This document shows positions 1 through 9,891 of a stretch of 64,000 nt of DNA, piece after piece. This stretch comes from Rhizaria sp. SCN 62-66. Taxonomy: Eukaryota. A program made the translations under genes and the position numbers. The stretch spans positions 1 to 64,000 of the forward strand of contig MEDY01000012.1 in NCBI GenBank assembly GCA_001724265.1, in the 5' to 3' direction. Positions within the stretch are counted from its first letter, which is position 1, and each line of letters begins with the position of its first letter. The notes under the pieces were generated by a model that did no database searches, was not told the origin of the DNA, and worked only from the letters and a program-made list of their open reading frames with translations.

Positions 1-426
1 AAATAAACCACGTAGTTTGATAACTTCTACGAAAGTGCGCCAAAGTCGCAAAAAAAGCGCGAATTCGCGTTTTTTAGTTGACGCTACATAGGGGTTATTG
101 GATTTCATTTTCAGAGCTACTTAAAGCCTATAAACAAGGATATAATGAAGAGACCAAACACGGAGACAAGAGTCACAAACACAACAAGGCCGCGGCATTG
201 AAGTGCGTACATGATGATACGTGTACTTTGCGCTCGTGCATATAATAATTAGTTATGAAAGTACTAGAAACAAGATAAAAGAAAGATCAACGACCATGTT
301 GGCAACGACCAGACTCTCGCTTAGACGATGTGAGATGTGAAAACACACAGCGAGCACAGACTGTAGTCAGCAATAGCAAGCGCTGACTTACAGCCAGTCA
401 CGTGTTCTCTGCACACAGCCACGCAG

Positions 427-2148
427 TCACATCGCACGCGCGGCACGAGGGCGCTTGGAGACGGCCTTGACCTCCTCTTCCTGCTCGTCGCCGCTCTCCT
501 TGCCGCAGAAGTCGTCCTCATCCTCGTCCTCGCCGTCGGATTCGAACACGGACCGGCCCTGGCCCTTCTTGCCCTTGGCCTGCCCCGCGCCGCGCACGCC
601 CATCATGCCCATCGCGCCCGCGCCCTTGGCCTTGCCCTTGGCGCCGCTGCCCGCGTCCATGCCCATGCCCATGCCCATCATGCCGCCCTTCTTGCCGCCC
701 GGCGGCGTGAGACCCTTGGTGGCCTCGAGCGCGGCCGTGTGCTTCGTCAGGTCTGCCTCCGCGCGCGCCGCCGCCTCGCTGCTCACGCGCGCGGGCGCGG
801 CCTCGCTGGGCTTGGACATGGCGGTCTCCTCGCCGAAGACGGCGACGGGGCGGAACCAGCGCGCCGAGACGCGCGTGTCGATGGAAAAACGGAAGTTGTT
901 CTGCAGGTTCTTACTCGCGCCGTGCACCGTCTTGACGTTGAAGAGGATGATGTCACCCATGGAGAAGTCGCCGCGCTCCCAGCCCCACTTCTCCTTGACG
1001 AGCTTTTGGTAGTCCCCTGGCAGCAGCCCGTTCTTGACGGGGTCGTGGAACTCGGTCAGCGCCTGCGAGCGCGGCATCACGCACAGCGACGAGTTGCCGC
1101 TGTGGTAGTCGCCCAGCGAGATCCAGCACGTGTACACCGGGTTCGGCTGCCGCGCGCAGTCGGCACAGTGCCACTCGCCGTCGCTGGCCTTGTCGAACGA
1201 GACGGGCACCGCGGGCGCCACGGCGTTGCCGTCGAAGTCGCGCGCGCACAGGTCGCACGTCACGCGGCGCACGCCGGGCGCCGACAGCGCGGCCGCGTGC
1301 TCTGCGTTCCACGCCGCCGCAGCGGCCGAGCCCGTGACGAGCGGGTGCCGGTTGCGGCGGAACACGTCCGTGGCTTGCTTGAAGTAGTAGTAATCAGAGT
1401 GCTCGGCCGTCACCTCGCCACGCCCCTTGGCGCGCAGCCACGTGACGTCCGACAGCGGCACGAAGCCGTCCTCAGTGCGCGAGCGCTCCTGGCCCCAGAG
1501 CAGCGAGAAGAGCTTGCGCAGCGGCGCGCCGGCGTAGACGTCACGCATCTGCTTGGACCAGGCGAGCTCACGCCATCCGTCGATCTCGCTGTCGGGCTCG
1601 CGGTCACCGATGATGCCGCCCGTCTCGGCGTCAATCGTCCACCCGGGCTCCTTCGGGTTCGCGATCACCGCCTCGTCGGGCTTCGTCCCGGGGGCAAAGG
1701 CGCCCTTGGGCGTGAGGTGCTTGACCATCGCGGCGCGCCCGGCGGAGGCGACGTCACGCGGGATGGCCGAGCGAACGAAGATGTAGCCCTCGCGCTCCAG
1801 ACGCTCGAGCAAGTCCGCGCCCTTGCCGGCCTCAAACAGCGGGGTCGAGTCAACCATCTCGCCGATGCGGAGACCGTACTCGAACTCGGTGTTGCCGACC
1901 TGGATCTTCTTGGAGACGAGCGGGGACTGCGGCAGGATCGTGATCTCGGTGTTCGGCGGCGGCACATAGCGCTTGTGAGGGGACTTGATGGGAGTCTGGC
2001 TGCCGGAGCGAGGGGTGTCGGTGCCCTTGGTCACCTTGACGGGAGAAGAGAAAACGCGCTCAGAGACGGAGGAGGCGCTCACGAGGTCGGCAAGACCGCT
2101 CGCAGGGGGCGTGCCGGGACCAACGTTAGGGGACGTTTCGCGAGACAT
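427..2148 (-). CDS. Phytanoyl-CoA dioxygenase (PhyH)-like Fe(II)/2-oxoglutarate dioxygenase with an inserted Cys4 (half-PHD-like) segment
   Basis: 573-aa ORF, stop TGA. Motifs: LEREGYIFVR, WLRAKGRGEVTAEHSD (HxD), YTCWISLGD, FSMGDIILFNVKTVHGASKN (distal His) and RFSIDTR (2OG-binding Arg). Acidic tail ending in KRPR. Confidence 0.8.
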   Translation of the reverse strand: MSRETSPNVGPGTPPASGLADLVSASSVSERVFSSPVKVTKGTDTPRSGSQTPIKSPHKRYVPPPNTEITILPQSPLVSKKIQVGNTEFEYGLRIGEMVDSTPLFEAGKGADLLERLEREGYIFVRSAIPRDVASAGRAAMVKHLTPKGAFAPGTKPDEAVIANPKEPGWTIDAETGGIIGDREPDSEIDGWRELAWSKQMRDVYAGAPLRKLFSLLWGQERSRTEDGFVPLSDVTWLRAKGRGEVTAEHSDYYYFKQATDVFRRNRHPLVTGSAAAAAWNAEHAAALSAPGVRRVTCDLCARDFDGNAVAPAVPVSFDKASDGEWHCADCARQPNPVYTCWISLGDYHSGNSSLCVMPRSQALTEFHDPVKNGLLPGDYQKLVKEKWGWERGDFSMGDIILFNVKTVHGASKNLQNNFRFSIDTRVSARWFRPVAVFGEETAMSKPSEAAPARVSSEAAARAEADLTKHTAALEATKGLTPPGGKKGGMMGMGMGMDAGSGAKGKAKGAGAMGMMGVRGAGQAKGKKGQGRSVFESDGEDEDEDDFCGKESGDEQEEEVKAVSKRPRAARAM

Positions 2149-3043
2149 ACCGTGTCTGGGGGAAGTAAAGCAGAAATAAAGTCAGGAATCCTTGATTTGA
2201 GCTTATTTTAATTTGTGTTATAAGAATATATTTGCGCGTTGTGATAAATGCGGTGAGGTCGAGACCGAGTCTGCAAGTGGTGCTCCACGTGCTTTTTTAG
2301 GGCTGTCAACGTCGCGTAATCCTGATCGGGTCTCACGCGCTGTCTGAGGTCTCACGGATGCAGCAACTCGAAGGCATGTCCAAACTTACGTGAACTACTC
2401 TAGCGCTGAACGATATCTGCTGAAACTCTAGTCTTGCTCTGCAGGAGCGATTGAGCGGGCAACACCCCGAGGTGAAGCCGGTTTCAGGCCTGTCGATAGA
2501 AGGCCGAAGTTGGCGAGTTTGCATTCTCTGCCCGCAGAATGATCTATGAAATAAACACATTTCCATAGTTCGATGTAGAGTATAATTTAGTCTACCAACT
2601 ATATCACCCGTCGGGAGGAGGCAACCACTGCGCAGCTCGGTGTTTCGTACACCCTCGAAATCGATCCGTTCGGCGAAGCGTGGCGGGCGGGCAGCAGTTG
2701 TGCAACAGATGGTTCGTGGCCGGTGACTGTGGTTGCTCCTGTCCGTTGCCCAGTCAAGACCAATCGCGTTTGAATTTGTGGGCTGCTGGTTGGCGTTCCT
2801 GGCTCCACATGGCTGTATATTGGCATTTGCGCAGTATTTATTGACTCTTAAATTGCTTAAATTTTTAATAGAATCTTCTATATCAGCGAATTCACCCCGC
2901 TTGAGGCCTGTACTTTTGACGTTTCTTACCCCACATCTTTCGTCTATTGCTACTCCTTCGCTTCCTTTCCCTCTGTGCCCCGTCGCGCCCTTGCACATGT
3001 AACGCTCTGTTCTTGTGCCACACGCTCTGTCACAGTTGGGTGC

Positions 3044-4819
3044 ATGGAGTTCCCCGGGCTGCGTGGCCGTAGCATCGGCCGCGACGCCGTGGCGGGCCCC
3101 ACAATGGGCCCTGCTGCTTCTGCCTCTGCATCCTCTGCCGCCGCCGCGTCGTCGTCTTCGGCCGCCTTCGCCGACTCTGACGCCGGTCTGGCCACGGGCT
3201 CCGGCTCTGCGCTGGCCGGCGCGCCGCCCGTCGTGCTGTTCGATGCCGGCAAGGACGAGCTGCGCACGCTGCAGAACGGCTTCAAGCAGCTGATGAAGAA
3301 GTTCCGCGCCACACACAAGTTCATCCACTCAAAGGACGAGCTCTCGCCGCAGACGCTGCAGGGCGTGCGCGCCGTCGTCATCGCGGCCCCGCAAAAGCCC
3401 TTCGAGCCGCACGAGATCGCGGTGCTGCAGCAGTTCATGCGCTCCGGCGGGCGCGTCGCGCTGTTCCTGTCAGAGGCGGGCGACCCCTCTTACCGCCACA
3501 TGAACGCGCTGGTCGAGGAGCACGGCATCGCGGTGCTCGACACGGCCGTCGTGCGCACCGTCTACCACAAGGAGTTTTACCACCCCAAGGAGGCCTACAT
3601 CACAAACGTTGCGATGGCCGACGGTCTCAACGTGCTGGCCCACAAGCCCAACGCGCCGACCGCGGCGTCGCTGCCGTCGTCGTCGCCGCAGGCGCTCTTC
3701 GAGGCCGACGGCCTCAACGTCGTCTACCCCTTCGGCTGCTCGCTGCGCGTGACGTACCCGGCCATGCCGCTCATGTCTTCGGGCCCCTTTTGCCTGCCCT
3801 CAGAGTCCGCGCTGGGCGCCGTCGCGCAGGTCGGGAAAGGACTACTCCTCGTCTGCGGCTCCGTGCACGTCTTCGAGGACGCGTATATCGACCGCGCCGA
3901 CAACGCCGCGCTCTGCGCCGCCTGGCTCCGCATGCTCACCGACGACACGCTCACCTTCAAGTTCGCCGGAAACGTCTTCTCGGGCGCTAACGCTAACGCC
4001 GCCGCCTCCGCGGCCCCCGCCCGCGGCCCCAGCGGGCTCGCGGCGCGCGCCAACGCCGCGGGCAAGGGCACGGTGATCGATTTCGACGTGGACCCCGACC
4101 GGCCCGAGTGCTCTGCAAAGGAACAGGCGACGGTGCCCGACACCGAGGCGCTGGCCGAGCGGCTGCGGCCGTGTCTGCAGGAGACGGAGGAGCTGCCGCG
4201 CGACTTCACTCAGTGCGCGGACTACACCCTGTTTCGCTTCGGGACGCACCTGGTGCCCGAGGCCGTGGCGTTGCACGGCAAGCTGGGCGTGCCGCACGAG
4301 CAGCTCTCGCTCGTCCCGCCCGTCTTCGACGTCCCTCTGCCACCGACGCAGGCCGCGGTGTTCCCTCCGCTGCTGCGCGAGCCGCCGCCGCCGCCGCTGG
4401 AGCTCTTCGACCTGGACGAGCACTTCGCCAGCGAGAAGAACAAGCTCGCGCAGCTGGCGAACCGCTGCGGCGAGGCGGACCTGGACTACTTTATCCAGGA
4501 GGCCGGCAACGTGCTGGGCGTCGCGGCCGAGGTACGGCGCGTGCGCGCCGCTGCCGAGCAGGGCCGGGCCGACCGCGCGGAGAAGGCCGGCAAGGGCGCC
4601 AAGGAGAGCGCCGTCGCCGCCGCCGTTGCCGCCGCCGCGCAGAGCAAGGTTAGCGCCAACGACGTGATGGCTTTCGTGCTTGCGAAGCTGGTGCAGTTCA
4701 AGCGCATCGACGGCGGCGACGACGGCGGCAGCGCCGGCGGCAGCGGCGGCCCGCCGGGCGGCAGTGCCGGCACGGACAGCAGTGCGCTGCCCGACCCGTC
4801 CGCTGTCAGGGTGCCTTAA
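3044..4819 (+). CDS. IFT52: Intraflagellar transport protein 52
   Basis: GIFT-like domain (VVLFDAGKDE...AVVRTVYHKEFYHPKEAYI...VVYPFGCSL) and C-terminal VPDTEALAERLRPCLQE / LREPPPPPLELFDLDEHFASE motifs. First ATG after a pyrimidine tract and CAG (3033-3035); 3104 is an alternative start. Stop TAA. Confidence 0.92.
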   Translation: MEFPGLRGRSIGRDAVAGPTMGPAASASASSAAAASSSSAAFADSDAGLATGSGSALAGAPPVVLFDAGKDELRTLQNGFKQLMKKFRATHKFIHSKDELSPQTLQGVRAVVIAAPQKPFEPHEIAVLQQFMRSGGRVALFLSEAGDPSYRHMNALVEEHGIAVLDTAVVRTVYHKEFYHPKEAYITNVAMADGLNVLAHKPNAPTAASLPSSSPQALFEADGLNVVYPFGCSLRVTYPAMPLMSSGPFCLPSESALGAVAQVGKGLLLVCGSVHVFEDAYIDRADNAALCAAWLRMLTDDTLTFKFAGNVFSGANANAAASAAPARGPSGLAARANAAGKGTVIDFDVDPDRPECSAKEQATVPDTEALAERLRPCLQETEELPRDFTQCADYTLFRFGTHLVPEAVALHGKLGVPHEQLSLVPPVFDVPLPPTQAAVFPPLLREPPPPPLELFDLDEHFASEKNKLAQLANRCGEADLDYFIQEAGNVLGVAAEVRRVRAAAEQGRADRAEKAGKGAKESAVAAAVAAAAQSKVSANDVMAFVLAKLVQFKRIDGGDDGGSAGGSGGPPGGSAGTDSSALPDPSAVRVP

Positions 4820-5217
4820 GTGACGCGCGAGTCACCGCTGCTGCTTCTGCTGTTCTTGTTGTTATTGCTGCTGTTGTTGTTGTTCCTTCAAGTGGTTCTT
4901 CTCGCCAGACATGGAGTTTATTTTGACGGTATTGTAGTATATCCACACCGTGATGGGAGAGGGCCAGAAAATAGTTTACGATAGTCTCTAGTTTTGTCTT
5001 TATATTGAATAAAAATTGCAATTTTAATCACGCATCTGTTGCTTTATATCCATCTTCATGTTGATTTGTGTCGCGAACGGGCTCATTATCGGTCAGTCAG
5101 CAGAGCTGCTCACAGTCACTTGGGGGCAGTGGGGGACTTTGGAGAAACCGACCAAAGCTGAGGACGAAAAGATGTTTTGAAACTGCCTGAAAGCACCGCT
5201 ATTAATCGAGTGGAGTC

Positions 5218-8200
5218 ATGTCTAGTGACGTCACAGCTCCAGGTACGCTTCGAATTTTATTTTTCTTTCTTTTCATATCGTGCCTTGCTTCATACCGCCC
5301 CACAATAGTCTTGATTTCCTCCGCTCCTCTAGGACCCTAGTCATCATCGGCGGCATCAACGCAACCCTCTGATTCTCACGTCCCCCTTTTGCTTTTCTTC
5401 TGCTTCTTATGCAACACTCTTTGTAGGCTCGCTTACTGCGCGCCCCGGCGATAGCCAGTTTGGCGCTAAGCGCGCAGAGCCCGCTGCAGCTGCAGAGGAC
5501 CAGTCCGTGCAGTTCCAGTTCGTCGACTCCGGCCCGCCGCCCGACATGCGTCAGCGCCAGCTTATTTTCGACTCTCTGCAGAAGATCGTCAACACGGTTC
5601 CGCAGAAGCCCTCTTCAAAGGAGAAGGAGAAGTCCAAGGACAACCGTGGTACGTCTACATCTCCCAAATCCCCCTCTCCATTGTCGCTTCTCACTGCACT
5701 GAGACACTCCGCGAGTCAGCGCCCTTTTCCTGAGTCTTTAACGCCTTCTGCTCGCCAAGCGAAATTTCTATTTGTTTAAATTGTTTATTTATGGCGTCTC
5801 CTTTTTGTATTACATCCCTCACTCTTTTCATTTTTCTTACGTCATCGTTCTTACACTCCGTTCTTGTGCTCCGTTTCCATCCGACTCTCTCAGGTACCTA
5901 CGTCTTCACGTGGGGCGCTGGCTACGCTGGCCAGCTCGGCCGCAAGTTCGTCCGCGGCCAGAAGAAGTACTCCGCGCTCCCTCTCATGGTCGACCTGGAC
6001 GAGGTGGTGCGCAAGTCGGGTCTCGCGATCCGCCAGGTCGCGTGCGGCGGGCTCTTCACGGCCGTGGTGACTGAGGCAGGCCAGGTGTACATGTGGGGTG
6101 ACGGCCGCCGCGGCGAGCTGGGCCACCTGCAGGACCCGTCGCTGAAGCAGACGCCGCGCCTAGTTGACGCCCTGCAGAACGTCTTCGTCACCAAGGTCGC
6201 CTGCGGGTCGGGCCACACGGTCGCCGTGGCCGACACGGGCCGCACATACATCTGGGGCTGGAACAAGTACGGCCAGACAGGCCACAACGGCCGGCCCACG
6301 GGCCACAAGTCGTTCCTGCTCGAGCACGCCGCGGCGCGCGACATCGTCGACGCCGCGTGCGGCAACAAGCACACCGTGCTGCTCAACAAGCACGGCGAGG
6401 TCTACACCTTCGGCTGTGGCGGCCAGGGCCAGCTCGGCCACGGCGACGGCGCCGACCGCCCGTTCCCCACCAAGGTCGAGGCGCTGGCCAACCTGCCCAT
6501 CGTGTCGGTGGCGTGCGGCGCCGTGCACACGTGCTTCGTGGACGCCAACGGCGACGTCTACCTGTGCGGCTTCGGCGAGCACTTCCACGCCAACGAGGAC
6601 CAGCACTTCTGGTACACGCCCAAGAAGCTCGTGCTGCCCGAGCCGATCAAGCAGATCGCGTGCGGACAGAGCCACATTGTCGCGCTCTCCGTCAAGGGCA
6701 ACGTCTACTGCTGGGGCTCGGGCGACTACGGCCAGATCGGCTTCGGCATCAAATCGAGTACCGCGACCCCGCGCCTCGTGCTCGACTCGGGTGACATCGC
6801 GCAGATCGCGGCCGGGCGCTACCACTCGTTCGCGCTCTCCGCTTCGGGCGTGCTCTGGTCCTGGGGCTGCGGCGAGACGGGCCAGCTGGGCCAGAATGGC
6901 GACGAGTACGCCTACCTGCCCAAGGTCGTGACGCCCATCCTGGGCACCGTCGTCGGCCAGGTCGCGTGCGGCGAGTACCACACCGCCGTGCTTACCTCGG
7001 CGCCCTGGACGCGCCTCAGCAACGACGTCTCCGAGATGGCCTTCTCGGCGCGCCAGGAGCTGGCGATGAAGGAGGAGCTCGTGCGCAAGACCCACCACGG
7101 GCTCGCGCGCAAAGACCTCGCCAAGGTCCACGAGGACATGCGCGCCTGGGAGGCGGCCAACGCGGAGGAGAAGGAGCAGATGCTCGTGGCCGAGAAAGAG
7201 GCGCTGGAGCGCGAGATCGCTGGCATTCAGTACACGGGCTCGCTGCAGGAGGCCGTGCTGGACCGCATCGAGGACCTGGACCGGCTGGAGGAGTTCGCGC
7301 GCACCGGCGCGCTGTCGCCCTCGCACCGCACACTCTCGCGCACGCAGGCGCTCACCATGACCGCCAACGCCGGCGCGCTCGAGGACCACTCGGCCGGCGC
7401 CAACGCTGGCGCTAACGGCGGCAACGGCAACACGCTGCGCGACCACCCCGCGCTGCTGGCGGGCATGGAGTCGCAGGAGCGGCGCATGACCGAGGACGAA
7501 GAGGCCGCCTACGCCGCGGCCTACGACGCCGCGTCGGCCGTGCCGCGCGACCTGGACCCGCTGTCACTGAACCACCCCGCGCTGCGCCTCCCGGCCGTGC
7601 CCGGCGCGCAGCAGTCCCCTTCGCAGCAGCAGCTCACCGGCGCCAACAGCAACGGACAGCTCGTCGGCAGCAGCAGCAACGGTGCCATGCTCGGCCAGAG
7701 CAACGCGCGCGGCGGCCGCCCCAACTCGGGCAGCAACAACGCCACCCTGGCCGCGGGCGCGGGCGTGGTGCTGCCGCCTCTGGCCGGCGGCGGCGCGCGG
7801 CGCAAGGGCGCGGCCACGTACCGCGGGCCCTCGCCCGGCACGCCGTCGTCGATGCAGGCGACGGTGGCGTCGGGCGCGAGCGGCAGCGCGACGGGCCGCG
7901 TGGTCATGTCGACGCAGCAGGTGCGCGCGGCCTTCCTCAAGGAGACGGCCGCCATGGCCAAGGATATGGCTGCGACGGTGCACGACAACTCGGAGAGCGC
8001 GCAGGCGCGCGAGCTGCAGCGGCTGCTGCGCGAGGTGTTCGACGCGCGCCGCGAGCTGGACATGATCCGCAGCGAGGGCGACGCTAAGGCGGAGCAGGCC
8101 GCGGCGGTGCGGCGCGAGCTGGAGCTGCTGCAGCAGCAAGAGCACGGCGTGCGCGAGGCCCACGAGGCCAGCACGGCGCGCCTTAAGGACATCGACATGA

Positions 8201-9891
8201 AGCTCAACACGGTGACGATCAAGATCACCGAGACGGAGGAGAACAAGCACAACTACCAGACCAACATTGTGCACCTCAAGGAGGAAGACTTTGACAACTT
8301 CAACCAGCTTAAGACGCTGCGCAAGGCGTCGCACGACAACTCCAACTTCTTCCGCAAGATGAACGACATCAAGGACAGCGCTCTGCAGGAGAAGGAGAAG
8401 GCCCACGCCGAGCTCGTCGAGTTCCGCCAGGAAGTCAAGGCGTACCAGCAGTTTGTAGCGAACCAGTTCTCGCAGTTCGAGGACATTATCCGCGTGATCA
8501 AGACGCAGAACAACAAGCGCGAGAAGCAGCGCGAGGCCCAGGCCGAGAAGGTCCGCTCCAAGGTCGACGCGCGCCTCAAGAAGCTGCACGAGGAGGCCTC
8601 GAGCTCCGAGGCGCGTTCGCAGGAGCTGGGCGCGCAGCTCATGGCGCTGGACCTCAAGCTGCGCCATTACGAGGACTCGTTTACCAAGATCGCCGCCGCG
8701 ACGGGGCTGTCAGACCCGGACGCGATCGTCAACAAGTATTTCTTCAAGGGCGAGATCAAGGAGCAGCTGCAGGGCGAGATCGTGGAGAAGGAGCGCCAGC
8801 GCGAGGAGCTGGAGCGGCTCAACGAGCAGCTCGCCGCCGAGCTGGCCGCCGCGCGCGAGAGCCACAAGGAGGAGACGTGGCGCGAGGTCGACGAAGCTAC
8901 CGAGCACTTCCGCTCGCGGGAGCACAACTACGGCAACGCGCAAGACAACGCCGCCAAGGTTGCGCAGCGCCTCGCCTTCGTGCAGGAGGGCATCGTGGCG
9001 CTGGCGCGGTCCATCGCCTCGGCCACCATGTCTATGTCGTCCCACGACGGCGGGCTTGACGCCGCGCTGGGCGTGCCGGGCGCCGACGCCGACGCCGCCG
9101 GCAACGTGACGATGCAGTCCGCCGGCGCCTCGTCGTCGTCCTCGGCGCTGGTCGCGGCCCACGGCCACAGCCAGGGCCACCACAGCGACGCACTCGAGGA
9201 CTCGTCGCTGTGGAGCGCGGCGACGGCGGAGCGCGTGCTGGAGCGCATCCACCTCGACATGGACGCGCTGCTCGAGGCCGAGAAGGAGTACCTCTCGCGC
9301 GTGCAGGTCGAGACGGGCCGCGAGCCCGAGCGCAGCCGGCCCGCGCCCTACGCCACCAAGTGGGGCGGCACCGCCACCGCGGCGCCCGTCGTCGCGCCCG
9401 CCGCCGGCAACAGCGGCAGCAACGGCGACGCCAACGCTGCCCCTGCTTCCCCTGCTCCTGCCCCGGCGGCCAGCAACGCGCAGTCCGGCTCTAGCTACGA
9501 CACGCCGCTGGCCATGGCGCCCACCGCGCCGTACCGCCAGCCCTCCGCATCGGTCTCGGCCTCGGCCCCGGCGCACGGCGCACAGCCCGCTGCCGTCGCC
9601 GAGGAGCCCGAGGCCGCTGTGTCTGCGCACGAGCAGCACGAGCAGCCGCAGCAGCAGCACGAGCCCGCGCTGGCGCAGGAGCAGCAGCAGCAGCAGCAGC
9701 CGCAGTCTCACACTGAGAGCGCCGAGCCCGTCCCTCCCCCTGTCGCTCCTGCTCCTGAGCAGCAGCAGGGTGAGCGGAGCAAGCCCCCGCGCGAGGCTGC
9801 TCCTGAGGCCGCTGCCGCCGTTGAGGCGCAGCCCCAACCTCAGCCTGAGGAGCAGCAGCAGCAGCAGCCTGAGGCGAGTGCTGAGGCGTGA
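5218..9891 (+). CDS. RCC1-repeat protein with a C-terminal coiled coil resembling outer-dynein-arm docking-complex subunits; exons 5218-5242, 5427-5648, 5894-9891
   Basis: About 7 RCC1 repeats (VFTWGAGYAGQLG, VACGGLFT, VYTFGCGGQGQLGHG, IAAGRYHS and others). Two phase-1 GT-AG introns join MSSDVTAP-G and KDNR-G-TYVFTWG in frame. Long coiled coil containing YEDSFTKIAAATGLSDPDAIVNKY. Stop TGA. Confidence 0.85.
5243..5426 (+). other. Spliceosomal intron 1 of the RCC1-repeat gene
   Basis: GTACGC...pyrimidine tract...TTGTAG; removal keeps the frame. Confidence 0.7.
5649..5893 (+). other. Spliceosomal intron 2 of the RCC1-repeat gene
   Basis: GTACGT...CTCTCAG; AT/pyrimidine-rich; removal joins exon 2 to the RCC1 frame. 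Confidence 0.85.

Noticed and set aside
5791-5893. N-terminal extension given by the ORF track for the RCC1 gene (similarly 26424-26654, 26851-27078 and 21451-21546)
   Set aside because: These are intron or pyrimidine-rich upstream sequences that happen to be open; better-supported starts or spliced exons exist.
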